Shown piece after piece: positions 18,209 through 27,392 of a DNA stretch of 40,808 bases. Under the pieces are notes generated by a model that worked only from the letters and a program-made list of their open reading frames with translations, was not told the DNA's origin and did not search any database. Numbering within the stretch: the first letter of the stretch is position 1; every line of letters begins with the position of its first letter. A program made the translations under genes and the position numbers. Source of the DNA: an uncultured Atopobium sp. (GTDB taxonomy: Bacteria > Actinomycetota > Coriobacteriia > Coriobacteriales > Atopobiaceae); the NCBI GenBank assembly GCA_916050095.1, contig CAJZJP010000001.1, forward strand, positions 1 to 40,808, in the 5' to 3' direction.

Positions 18209-18281
18209 AACAAGTTTAGTAAAGAGTAAGAGAACCTGTTAAAAATGTTAAAGATCGTAATGTAAGCCCTGGGAGGGGACT

Positions 18282-19223
18282 ATGGGAAAGCGTATTGTAA
18301 TTGCTTTGGGCGGTAATGCTCTTGGCAAAAATTTACCTAAGCAGATGATTGCAGTAAAGCACACTGCTAAGGCAATTGTTGATTTAATTGAGCAAGGTAA
18401 TGAAGTTATTATCGCCCACGGTAACGGCCCACAAGTTGGCATGATCCAAGAGGCTATGACGCAGCTTAATCGTTCTGATCCAGAGAAATATATTCCTTGC
18501 CCACTTTCTGTATGTGTTGCCATGAGCCAGGGATATATTGGCTACGATCTTCAGAATGCGCTTCGTGAAGAAATGCTTAACCGCGGCATTAAGAAAAATG
18601 CAGCCACTGTTCTAACGCAAGTTGAAGTTGATAAAAATGATCCAGCATTTAAAAATCCTACCAAGCCCATTGGTTCTTTTATGACAGAAGAAGAAGCTAA
18701 AAAGATGGTAGCTGAGCGTGGATATAACGTTGTCGAGGACGCTGGTCGAGGATACCGTCGTGTAGTTGCATCTCCTCAGCCTGTTGCTATTGTTGAGCTT
18801 GATACCATTCGTTCACTTATTGAGACGGGCAATGTTGTTATTGCTTGTGGTGGTGGCGGTATTCCAGTATTTATTACTGAGGGCAATCATCTTAAGGGTG
18901 CTGCAGCTGTTATTGATAAGGATTTTGCAGCAGCTCGTCTTGCGGAGCAGGTTAATGCGGATGCACTCATTATTTTAACGGCTGTCGAGAAGGTTGCTAT
19001 TCATTTTGGTACTCCTGAACAGGAAGACCTCTCTGAGCTTACACCTGAGAGTGCACAAGCTTATATTGAAGCCGGCGAATTTGCTCCTGGTTCTATGTTG
19101 CCCAAGGTACAGGCTGCTTTGCAGTTTGCACAATCCGGCGAAGGACGTACATCACTTATTACTTTGCTGGATAAGGCTGCTGATGGAATTGCTGGAAAAA
19201 CCGGCACTGTGATACGCGGATAG
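18282..19223 (+). CDS. arcC: Carbamate kinase (YqeA/ArcC)
   Basis: IVIALGGNAL, HGNGPQVG, NPTKPIG, EDAGRGYRRVVASP, GGGGIPV, VIDKD, GSMLPKV. Confidence 0.97.
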   Translation: MGKRIVIALGGNALGKNLPKQMIAVKHTAKAIVDLIEQGNEVIIAHGNGPQVGMIQEAMTQLNRSDPEKYIPCPLSVCVAMSQGYIGYDLQNALREEMLNRGIKKNAATVLTQVEVDKNDPAFKNPTKPIGSFMTEEEAKKMVAERGYNVVEDAGRGYRRVVASPQPVAIVELDTIRSLIETGNVVIACGGGGIPVFITEGNHLKGAAAVIDKDFAAARLAEQVNADALIILTAVEKVAIHFGTPEQEDLSELTPESAQAYIEAGEFAPGSMLPKVQAALQFAQSGEGRTSLITLLDKAADGIAGKTGTVIRG

Positions 19224-19290
19224 TAGCCGTCTGTAATACCCTATGGGTATTACTTACTGTAATTTAAGAACTAAGGAAGGAGGCCATGCT

Positions 19291-19941
19291 ATGTCACACA
19301 TTGGGTGTATAGTCATGGCTTCCGGTGCTTCTACTCGCTTTGGATCCAATAAGCTTATGGCACCGTTTATGGGCAAGCCACTGATTCAACATGTTATAGA
19401 AACGGCTCAAACAGCAGGACTAGAGCCCATAGTGGTAACAATTGACGATCCGTTTCATGAACCTATTCTTGTACTGTGTAACAAGCTCAAGGTTCGCGCT
19501 GTAACGCACTCAGGTACCCTTCAAAGTGACACAGTACGTCGAGCAATGCTTGAGGTACAAAAAGATGGTCTTGGTGAGAACTCATGGGATGGTGCTCTGT
19601 TTTTACAGGGAGATCAACCGTGTGTACGTGCAGATAGTTTATGCGCTCTTATAGCTAGTTTTGAAGAACATCCAGAAGTGGTTTCTCGTCTATCTTGGCA
19701 TGGAGTACCAGGTAGCCCCATAGTTTTTCCAAGCGCATTGTTTGATATGCTGTGCAGAGTACAAGGCGATAAGGGCGGTTCTGGAGTATTTTTATTATGT
19801 CCTGAGTACCAAGCTTCTGCTGCACTTGTAGAGGCACAATGCGAACAAGAACTTTTAGATGTAGATACTCCGTCTGATTTGAATTATTTACATTCGGCAT
19901 CTATAAACGGTTTGACGACCGAGAGATTGGGAGTTGACTGA
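19291..19941 (+). CDS. mocA: Molybdenum cofactor cytidylyltransferase (MocA/YgfJ-like nucleotidyltransferase)
   Basis: IVMASGASTRFGSNKL, GDQP, GDKGG, DVDTPSDL; ATG 19291 after AAGGAAGGAGG; MCD is the usual cofactor of this enzyme family. Confidence 0.82.
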   Translation: MSHIGCIVMASGASTRFGSNKLMAPFMGKPLIQHVIETAQTAGLEPIVVTIDDPFHEPILVLCNKLKVRAVTHSGTLQSDTVRRAMLEVQKDGLGENSWDGALFLQGDQPCVRADSLCALIASFEEHPEVVSRLSWHGVPGSPIVFPSALFDMLCRVQGDKGGSGVFLLCPEYQASAALVEAQCEQELLDVDTPSDLNYLHSASINGLTTERLGVD

Positions 19942-21296
19942 TGAACGTATTAAAGAATGGTTTCCTTGTGTTGCCTGAGGGCGTTTTCTATGGAGACTTA
20001 GTGCTCGATGGTACAAAAATCATCCAGGTGGGAGGTACGTACGAGGCGCGTACAGATGACAACGTTATCAATGTTACGGGTAAATACGTATTCCCTGGTT
20101 TTATTGACGCTCATACGCACATGCAATGCTGGACAGGTATGGACTGGACAGCAGATAGCTTTGAGACAGGAACTTGTGCTGCTGCTTGCGGCGGTACCAC
20201 CACTATTGTGGATTATGCCACACAAGACAAAGGCATGACGCTGCCCGAAGCGCTTGATGAGTGGCATAAACGTGCAGATGGTACCTGTACTGCTAACTAT
20301 GCATTTCATATGGCCATTGCTGATTGGAATGAACAAACTAAAGCAGATATGCAGGCTATGCGTGATGCAGGTGTTATGTCATTTAAGACCTACTTTGCTT
20401 ACGATCATCTGCGTTTAGATGACGCTCAGACGCTTGAGGTGCTTGAATATATCCGCGATATTGACGGTGTCCTGTGCGTTCACTGCGAGAATGGCACTCT
20501 TGTAAATGAGCTGCAAAGACGTATGCTCGCAGCTGGTATTACTGGTCCTGAGGGTCATCCTATGAGTCGTCCTGCAGCTTGTGAAGCAGAGGCAATTTCT
20601 CGTCTGTGTTATCTTGCAGAGCTTGCTGATGCTCGTATCAACATTGTTCACCTGTCCAGCGCTCTTGGTCTTGAGGCGGTTCGTGCGGCCAAGGCACGCG
20701 GCAAAGTGAAGATGGACGTTGAGACCTGCCCTCAGTATCTGTTGCTGGACGATTCACATTATCTTGAGAGCGACTTTGAAGGTGCTAAGTACGTTATGAG
20801 TCCACCTTTGCGCAAGCCGCACGACATTGAGGTTTTGCGTCGAGCCGTATGTGATGGTGAGATTAATACCATTGCTACCGATCATTGTAGTTTTAATCTT
20901 CATGGTCAAAAAGATCGCGGCATTGACGACTTCACGCATATTCCCAACGGCGGCCCCGGTGTAGAACATCGACCTGGTCTTATCATGACCTCGTTTGAGA
21001 ATCGTTTGGGCGTCCAAGACTTTGCTCGTCTTATGAGTGAGGGACCCGCTCGTGTCTTTGGTATGTATCCGCGCAAGGGTGTCCTGCGTGTTGGCTCAGA
21101 TGCTGACGTGACGGTATGGGATCCAAGTGTGACGTGGGCCATCAGCGAGAAGAACCAGCATCAAAATGTTGACTATACGCCCTATGAAGGCTTTGAGATT
21201 CACGGACGTCCAGCATATGTTTTTGTAAACGGAGAGTTGGTGGTGGTTGATGGTGAGCCTACTGGTGTAAAACCAGGCGCATACGTCAAACGGTAA
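19941..21296 (+). CDS. hydA: Dihydropyrimidinase/hydantoinase (HyuA-like)
   Basis: PGFIDAHTH, GGTTTIVD, SFK (carboxylated Lys), VHCENG, ETCPQYL, MSPPLR, ATDHCSF; start overlaps mocA stop (TGATG). Confidence 0.94.
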   Translation: MNVLKNGFLVLPEGVFYGDLVLDGTKIIQVGGTYEARTDDNVINVTGKYVFPGFIDAHTHMQCWTGMDWTADSFETGTCAAACGGTTTIVDYATQDKGMTLPEALDEWHKRADGTCTANYAFHMAIADWNEQTKADMQAMRDAGVMSFKTYFAYDHLRLDDAQTLEVLEYIRDIDGVLCVHCENGTLVNELQRRMLAAGITGPEGHPMSRPAACEAEAISRLCYLAELADARINIVHLSSALGLEAVRAAKARGKVKMDVETCPQYLLLDDSHYLESDFEGAKYVMSPPLRKPHDIEVLRRAVCDGEINTIATDHCSFNLHGQKDRGIDDFTHIPNGGPGVEHRPGLIMTSFENRLGVQDFARLMSEGPARVFGMYPRKGVLRVGSDADVTVWDPSVTWAISEKNQHQNVDYTPYEGFEIHGRPAYVFVNGELVVVDGEPTGVKPGAYVKR

Positions 21297-21388
21297 AGTA
21301 AGGGTAATATTCAAAGGCTCTTTAAATAGTCTTTGATTGGTTTTGCTGTTTGTGAAAACAAACACAAATAGGAAAGAAGGAGAATAAT

Positions 21389-21769
21389 ATGTCAAAGAAA
21401 GCTATCGTTACTGATAAGGCTCCAGCTGCAGTAGGTCCTTACTCTGCTGCTGTTTCTGCAAACGGTTCCATTAACGTGTCTGGTCAGCTTCCTGTTGATC
21501 CTGCAACTGGTGAATTTGCAGGTGAGGATATTAAGTCTCAGACCCGTCAGAGTCTAACTAACATTAAAAATATCCTCGAGGCAGCTGGTGCTTCCATGGA
21601 TGATGTTGTTGAGACTACGGTTTTACTTTCCGATATCAATGAGTTTGGTGCAATGAACGAGGTTTATGCTGAGTTCTTTGCAGATCCTTATCCTGCACGC
21701 GCAGCATTCCAGGTGGTCGCACTTCCAAAGGGCGCAAAGGTTGAGATTAAGGCTGTTGCTCGTATTTAG
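21389..21769 (+). CDS. ridA: RidA/Rid family enamine/imine deaminase
   Basis: APAAVGPYS, SGQLP, MNEVYAEFF, PARAAFQV, LPKGAKVEI. Confidence 0.93.
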   Translation: MSKKAIVTDKAPAAVGPYSAAVSANGSINVSGQLPVDPATGEFAGEDIKSQTRQSLTNIKNILEAAGASMDDVVETTVLLSDINEFGAMNEVYAEFFADPYPARAAFQVVALPKGAKVEIKAVARI

Positions 21770-21798
21770 TGTTTATTAAAATTTAGTAGGTTAAGATT

Positions 21799-21844
21799 TT
21801 TAGGGCGGATTCAAACGAGAAAATCCGCCCTAAATTTACTTTTT
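21799..21844 (+). terminator. Terminator after ridA
   Basis: TTTAGGGCGGATT...AATCCGCCCTAAA then TTTACTTTTT. Confidence 0.8.
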
Positions 21845-21982
21845 ATTCAGGTAATGCGCTCTGTTCTTAGAAGTTTTTCGATTGCACAGGAAACGTTATT
21901 TGCTGTGTGTTGATAGATAAAACCTATGTGTGTGAAAATAGTATCTATGAAGTTTGACTGATGGGAATAAAGGAGACAGACG

Positions 21983-22615
21983 TTGAGTGTCCGCGAAAAT
22001 GACGCTGAAGTACCAGAAAATACTGACGTACAAAAAGCGATGGACTCGCTTGACCATGATTTCCTGACAGGCGAGACGTTAGACATTGGAGATAACGTCA
22101 CGCATCGACTTCAACAAGAGCAAGCTACTCTACCGCGTCCTGCTGTAAAATCAGCAGATCCTATACAGGATACACAAGGGGTTACAGCAGACGTATCTAA
22201 CAAGACTGTCAATAATCAGCTATTTATTGTCGCGATAGTAGCAATTTTTTCACTTGTGGTATGCGTAGCACTTTTAGTCTTTCATCCATGGACATCAAAC
22301 CAACCAGCACAATCTGTGCAACCTTCTCAGACTGAGACAGTCAAAAAAGAACCTGTGAAAGTAGAAGTTCCTCTCGCCAGTAAAGATGTCTCCGAGTATG
22401 ACTATGAGGAAGCTCAAAAGAAGTTTGAGCATGCCGGCTTCAAGAACGTTACGGTTCAAAAAGACGAAGACCTTAAAATTGGCCTCATCAATCATGAAAA
22501 CCAGGTTAAAGAAATTACTATCGATGGTGATAAAAAGTTTTCAGTGGGCGAGAAGTACGATGAAAACGTTCCGGTAGTTATTACGTATCACGCATTTCCA
22601 CAAAAGTCGAATTAA
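21983..22615 (+). CDS. Hypothetical single-pass membrane protein with C-terminal PASTA-like domain
   Basis: TTG start after AAGGAG; acidic N-terminus, TM helix LFIVAIVAIFSLVVCVALLVF, domain DYEEAQKKFEHAGFKNV...VVITYHAF. Confidence 0.7.
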   Translation: MSVRENDAEVPENTDVQKAMDSLDHDFLTGETLDIGDNVTHRLQQEQATLPRPAVKSADPIQDTQGVTADVSNKTVNNQLFIVAIVAIFSLVVCVALLVFHPWTSNQPAQSVQPSQTETVKKEPVKVEVPLASKDVSEYDYEEAQKKFEHAGFKNVTVQKDEDLKIGLINHENQVKEITIDGDKKFSVGEKYDENVPVVITYHAFPQKSN

Positions 22616-23285
22616 AAAGTGAACCTGCAATAACAGGTGTGTTGTCATCCTGCAGATGAAGCTCCTTTGTAAAGTCTCTTGCCAGAGCAAGGTCTTTCTC
22701 GTTGTCAGTTTGATTGACAAGAATAACGTTTGCCTTTACAGCCCCTGAAGCGTGTTCTGCTGCAATAACAGTGGCAATACGAGTTGGCGTGGCAAAATCG
22801 TCGGGCAAACAATTTGCCCGGTTGCAGAAAATTTCACTGCGATGTACAGCTTGATGGATAGGTAGTCCAAAGCCAGAAAGTCCTATAACTTGGACAGTGC
22901 GCTGGGTACCTTCTGGAATGACGGGTTCATGTGGTGCGTGAGCTTTCAGAGGTAACCGCTTAGATCCGTCGGCTTCCACAAATACGTAGCCAGCAACGGA
23001 TGCTAGTTCTTGAGCAGAAAGTGCAGAGGAACCTAATTTGTGCTTCTCGCTAGAAAAAGTACCAACGCAGATGACACGATGTGTTATTAGAGCATCTGAT
23101 ACCTCAGTGAGCGTGGGATTTTCTAAAAGAGGTATGTTTGGAAACGGCAGAATATTCGTTGACGTAGTTAAAATAACCGTTCCCCGAACTTCCTGAGAAA
23201 GTTTTGTGAGTAGGGAAGTCTTGCCACCGCTTCCAATTACTGAAGTAATACCAGGTAATATTCCAAGCAACTCATAACAATTCAT
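22581..23285 (-). CDS. yqeC: Selenium cofactor biosynthesis protein YqeC
   Basis: VIGSGGKTSL, LTTST, VEADGSKRLPLKAHAPHEPVIP, IHQAVHR. Confidence 0.93.
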   Translation of the reverse strand: MNCYELLGILPGITSVIGSGGKTSLLTKLSQEVRGTVILTTSTNILPFPNIPLLENPTLTEVSDALITHRVICVGTFSSEKHKLGSSALSAQELASVAGYVFVEADGSKRLPLKAHAPHEPVIPEGTQRTVQVIGLSGFGLPIHQAVHRSEIFCNRANCLPDDFATPTRIATVIAAEHASGAVKANVILVNQTDNEKDLALARDFTKELHLQDDNTPVIAGSLFNSTFVEMRDT

Positions 23286-23309
23286 TTGTTTGCCTAACTA
23301 AATTATTTT
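23273..23309. promoter_or_regulatory. Weaker putative operator E at the yqeC/yedF divergence, overlapping the yqeC start codon
   Basis: CATAACAATTCATTTGT-TTG-CCTAACTAAATTATTTT. Confidence 0.4.
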
Positions 23310-23385
23310 TTTAAGCGATATACTTATTTTAGTGTAAAGACATTTGCTTTACACCTAGATAGTGTGAAGTTAAGAGGGGGATAAA

Positions 23386-23997
23386 ATGAAGATTGATGCT
23401 CGAAATTTAACGTGTCCAAAGCCAGTCATTTTAACGCTTGAGGCTCTCCCTAAGCTTTCTTCTGGAGAAAAACTTGATGTCGTTATTAACGATAACGTTG
23501 CCTGTGGAAATCTTACCCGCCTTGCTGACGAGAAGAACTGTGATTTGACTTCTGTAAAGAATGGCTCAGATACAACAATGACTTTTAGCCCTCGTAATAA
23601 AGTTGAAGCTAGTGATTCAGCAGTTGTTGAGGCTTCTCAGTTTTGTGATATCCCAGATCATTCTGCAACCGTTGTTGCGGTTGATGCTGAGTATATGGGT
23701 CGCGGTAATGATGAGCTCGGTCATATTTTAATGAAGGGTCTTATCTACGCTCTTGCACATCAGGATACGGTTCCTGAAACTATGTTGTTTTACAACGGTG
23801 GCGCTCACTTGACTTGTGAAGGTTCAGAGTCACTTGAAGATATAAAGGAGCTTGAGTCTCGTGGTACCAAGATTTTAACATGTGGTACCTGCCTTGATTT
23901 TTATGGCATTAAAGACAAACTTGCAGTAGGTGATGTTACCAATCTATATGCAATTGCAGAGATTATTTCACAACAGCCGGGCGTGATGGTGCTCTAA
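23386..23997 (+). CDS. yedF: Sulfurtransferase-like selenium metabolism protein YedF (TusA/SirA + DsrE-like)
   Basis: IDARNLTCPKPVI, MGRGNDELGHILMK, FYNGG, ILTCGTCLDFYG. Confidence 0.9.
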   Translation: MKIDARNLTCPKPVILTLEALPKLSSGEKLDVVINDNVACGNLTRLADEKNCDLTSVKNGSDTTMTFSPRNKVEASDSAVVEASQFCDIPDHSATVVAVDAEYMGRGNDELGHILMKGLIYALAHQDTVPETMLFYNGGAHLTCEGSESLEDIKELESRGTKILTCGTCLDFYGIKDKLAVGDVTNLYAIAEIISQQPGVMVL

Positions 23998-24007
23998 GGC
24001 GTCTTGC

Positions 24008-25186
24008 ATGATATATCTCAACTGTGCTGCAACGTCATATAAGCGTCCTCAATGTGTTGTGGATGCTGTTTCACGCGCCCTTTGCTCATTTGGAAGTACG
24101 GGAAGGGGTGCAGCGTCTGCCGAGCTTGATGCTGCTCGAGCTGTTATGGTTGCACGAGAACGTATCGCCTTGTTATTAGGTTTTTCACATCCAGAGCGTG
24201 TGGTGTTTGCTGCAAACGCAACAGATGCCCTAAACAAGGCAATTCTCGGCATTGTTAAGCCCGGAGATCATGTAGTTGCAACAGATTGGGATCACAATTC
24301 TGTTTTGCGCCCTCTGAATCGTCTTCAAAAGAAACGCAATGTAAAGGTTGATTATGTTCCTGCTAATTTGCAGGGCTGCCTTGATTGGGATGTTCTTGAA
24401 CGATTAGTTTCTCCTGGTACAAGGTTAGTGGTAGTAACACATGCATCTAATCTTACAGGTAATATATGCGATCTTGAACGTGTGGTTACTGTTGCTCACG
24501 CTGTAGGTGCACTTGTGCTTGTTGATGCTTCACAAACCGCAGGGTCAGTACCCATTAATTTTGATGATTTAGGTGTTGATGTACTTGCGTTTACTGGCCA
24601 TAAGGCACTTATGGGTCCTCAGGGGACAGGTGGCCTTTTGGTTGCTCCACATGTTGCGATAGAAGCAGTTATTCAAGGAGGAACGGGCGTACTTTCTTTT
24701 GAGGAGGAAATGCCTCAAGTATATCCAGAACATCTTGAGGCGGGAACGCTTAATAGTCACGGTATTGCCGGTCTTTCTGCTGCAGTAGATTTTGTATCAG
24801 AACAAGGAGTATGTGCTGTTCACCGTCATGATTTAGCATTGGTTAGACAGTTTGTAGCTGAGGCTCGTCAGGTGCCTGGGATAGAGTTATATGGAAGTTT
24901 CCCTGATAACATTTCTGAACTGAATGGGGAGAGTTCGCAAAAAGATCACGCACCCATTGTGACACTTAATTTAGATGGGTGGACTTCTTCTGAACTTGCA
25001 AGAGTTTTAAGTGTTGAGTATGACATTTCAGTTCGTGCAGGAGCTCATTGTGCTCCTCGTATGCACAGAGCATTGGGAACGCAAGATACGGGGTCGGTTC
25101 GTTTCTCATTTGGATTTTATACGACAGAGGATGAGATACATAAGGCAACCACGGCCCTTAATGAGCTGGCAAAATCGGTGATGTAG
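24008..25186 (+). CDS. Cysteine desulfurase / selenocysteine lyase family (class V PLP)
   Basis: HNSVLRP, THASNLTG, LVDASQTAG, FTGHKALMGPQGTG, EAGTLN, RAGAHCAP. Confidence 0.9.
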   Translation: MIYLNCAATSYKRPQCVVDAVSRALCSFGSTGRGAASAELDAARAVMVARERIALLLGFSHPERVVFAANATDALNKAILGIVKPGDHVVATDWDHNSVLRPLNRLQKKRNVKVDYVPANLQGCLDWDVLERLVSPGTRLVVVTHASNLTGNICDLERVVTVAHAVGALVLVDASQTAGSVPINFDDLGVDVLAFTGHKALMGPQGTGGLLVAPHVAIEAVIQGGTGVLSFEEEMPQVYPEHLEAGTLNSHGIAGLSAAVDFVSEQGVCAVHRHDLALVRQFVAEARQVPGIELYGSFPDNISELNGESSQKDHAPIVTLNLDGWTSSELARVLSVEYDISVRAGAHCAPRMHRALGTQDTGSVRFSFGFYTTEDEIHKATTALNELAKSVM

Positions 25187-25187
25187 T

Positions 25188-25442
25188 GTGGTAGAACAAA
25201 GTCACTCTTTCCATAAACTTTCCTCTCAGATAGTTGTTGCGTTTGATTCAACGCATGAGGCGCTTACCTGTGAGCAAATGTGCAAAGAGCAAGATATTCC
25301 TGGGCGGCTTATTCCGACTCCGGTAGAAATTAAAGCAGACTGTGGCCTTGCGTGGGCAATGCTACCAGCAGAAAAAGAAGCGTTTGAAATAAAAATTGCA
25401 GGAAGTCTTAAGGTAGCGGGAATATATGAGCTTGATTTGTAA
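25188..25442 (+). CDS. DUF3343-like small putative Se/S carrier
   Basis: FDSTHEAL and RLIPTPVEIKADCGLA motifs; position in the yedF-selD operon. Confidence 0.8.
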   Translation: MVEQSHSFHKLSSQIVVAFDSTHEALTCEQMCKEQDIPGRLIPTPVEIKADCGLAWAMLPAEKEAFEIKIAGSLKVAGIYELDL

Positions 25443-25481
25443 TACAAAAATATGGCAGCGTATGTTGAGTGGGGAGAAAAA

Positions 25482-26288
25482 ATGCTGGTAGTTATACGAG
25501 GAGCAGGCGATCTTGCCTCAGGCATTGCTTTGAGATTATATCGAGCTGGCTTGAGTATTGTGATGCTGGATGTAGAGGCCCCTACAGCAGTTCGTCGCAC
25601 AGTAGCATTTTCAGAAGCTATTCGTCTTGGAAAGAAAAAAGTGGAAAATGTGACGGCAGTACGAGCTAAAGACGCAGAAGATGCATTGCGCATTGTTAAT
25701 GAGAAAAACATCGCTGTTCTCGTTGATCCTCAAGGAACAAATATTGCAAAATTGCATCCTGAGGTACTTGTAGACGCTATTCTCGCTAAGAAAAATATAG
25801 GCACCACAAAAGATATGGCACCCTTAGTGATTGGTGTTGGACCAGGCTTTACTTCAGGTAAAACCTCCACTGCAGATTGTCATGCGGTCATAGAGACAAA
25901 ACGTGGTCATTATTTAGGTCGCGTTATTTACGACGGATCGGCTATTCCAAATACGGGTGTACCAGGAAATATTGGTGGCTTTACAAAGGAGCGCGTATTG
26001 AGAGCTCCTCAAGATGGAATTTTTGAGCCTGTTGCTAAGATTGGTGATTTGGTTTCTAAAGGAGATATTGTAGCTACTGTTTCTGGAATACCTGTTAAAG
26101 CAACTATTAATGGAGTACTTCGTGGTCTTTTGCAAGAGGGAATCCCTGTTTTTAAAGGTATGAAATCAGGGGATATTGATCCTCGTTGTGCTCCGGGACA
26201 TTGTTTTTCTGCATCTGATAAGGCTCGAGCTGTTGGCGGTGGTGTTCTTGAAGCGCTTTGTCACTTTACTGAAAGACTGGTTGGATAA
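25482..26288 (+). CDS. yqeB: Selenium-dependent molybdenum hydroxylase system protein YqeB
   Basis: VIRGAGDLASG, PTAVRRTVAF, VDAILAKKN, IETKRGH, PNTGVPG, GDIDPR, SDKARAVGGGVLEA; ATG 25482 after GGGGAG. Confidence 0.94.
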   Translation: MLVVIRGAGDLASGIALRLYRAGLSIVMLDVEAPTAVRRTVAFSEAIRLGKKKVENVTAVRAKDAEDALRIVNEKNIAVLVDPQGTNIAKLHPEVLVDAILAKKNIGTTKDMAPLVIGVGPGFTSGKTSTADCHAVIETKRGHYLGRVIYDGSAIPNTGVPGNIGGFTKERVLRAPQDGIFEPVAKIGDLVSKGDIVATVSGIPVKATINGVLRGLLQEGIPVFKGMKSGDIDPRCAPGHCFSASDKARAVGGGVLEALCHFTERLVG

Positions 26289-26290
26289 AC

Positions 26291-27349
26291 ATGAGTAATG
26301 ATGTAAAACTCACAAAACTTGCTGATTGTGCTGGTTGTGGTGCTAAGGTTGGTGCCGGTGAGTTGGCAAAGCTTCTTTCAGATATTAAAGTTCATGAGGA
26401 TCCTAATTTATTAGTTGGTTTTGATAAGGCGGATGATGCAGCTGTTTACAAAGTGACTGATGAAATAGCGCTTGTCGAAACAATCGATTTCTTTCCTCCA
26501 ATTGCTGATGATCCGTATACGTATGGCGCCATTGCGGCTACCAATGCTTTATCGGATGTATATGCTATGGGTGGAGAGCCAAAGGTTGCTCTCAATGTTA
26601 TGGCTGTACCTGAAGATATGCCCTCGCATGTAGTGCATGAGATTTTACGTGGTGGTTACGATAAAGTATATGAGGCTGGCGCCAATATTGTTGGTGGTCA
26701 TAGCATTTATGACAATGAGCCAAAATATGGTCTTGCTGTTTCAGGGTTTGTTAATCCAAAAAAGATGTATACCAATTCTGGTGCACGTGCAGATGATGTT
26801 TTAATTCTTACAAAGGCTCTTGGTGTAGGTGTTCTGACAACAGCTGCTAAAGCAGATATGCTCTCTATAGAAGAGATAAGCGTTGCTGAGGCATCTATGA
26901 TGACTCTTAATCGGTACGCTCGAGACATTATGGTGAATTATGACGTGCATGCCGTTACGGATGTAACGGGTTTTTCACTTATGGGACATTTGCTTGAAAT
27001 GTGTCAAGGTTCGGGGCTTTTGGCAAAGATTATCGTAAATGATATAAAAATTTTATCTACGAAAGTATTTGAATTAGCACGTTTAGGTATCTTACCAGCT
27101 GGTATGTATCGTAATCGTCGTTATGCAGAGAAGTACGTGCAGGCAGATGGAGTTTCTCGTGAGATGAGTGACGTACTCTTCTGTCCTGAAACCTCTGGCG
27201 GATTATTGATAAGCGTAGCCCGTAATGATGCACAACATTTGCTTGCGGCTCTTCAAGCAAATGAACATACTGCTAATTCTTGTGTTGTGGGATATATGGA
27301 AAAGCAAGATATAAATAATAAGGATGCAACTTATATTGTGCTTCAGTAA
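26291..27349 (+). CDS. selD: Selenide, water dikinase (selenophosphate synthetase), Cys form
   Basis: CAGCGAK, DDAAVY, DFFPP, NALSDVYAMGG, GGHS, TDVTGFSLMGH, PETSGGLL. Confidence 0.97.
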   Translation: MSNDVKLTKLADCAGCGAKVGAGELAKLLSDIKVHEDPNLLVGFDKADDAAVYKVTDEIALVETIDFFPPIADDPYTYGAIAATNALSDVYAMGGEPKVALNVMAVPEDMPSHVVHEILRGGYDKVYEAGANIVGGHSIYDNEPKYGLAVSGFVNPKKMYTNSGARADDVLILTKALGVGVLTTAAKADMLSIEEISVAEASMMTLNRYARDIMVNYDVHAVTDVTGFSLMGHLLEMCQGSGLLAKIIVNDIKILSTKVFELARLGILPAGMYRNRRYAEKYVQADGVSREMSDVLFCPETSGGLLISVARNDAQHLLAALQANEHTANSCVVGYMEKQDINNKDATYIVLQ

Positions 27350-27392
27350 GTATATATATCATGCGTATTGGTATATGTGCAGACAAGGATAG

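Noticed and set aside
26291..26350. Selenocysteine (UGA) recoding in selD or other selenium genes
   Set aside because: SelD active-site codons are TGT (CAGC); no catabolic or maturation ORF looks broken at an in-frame TGA; no selABC in the window
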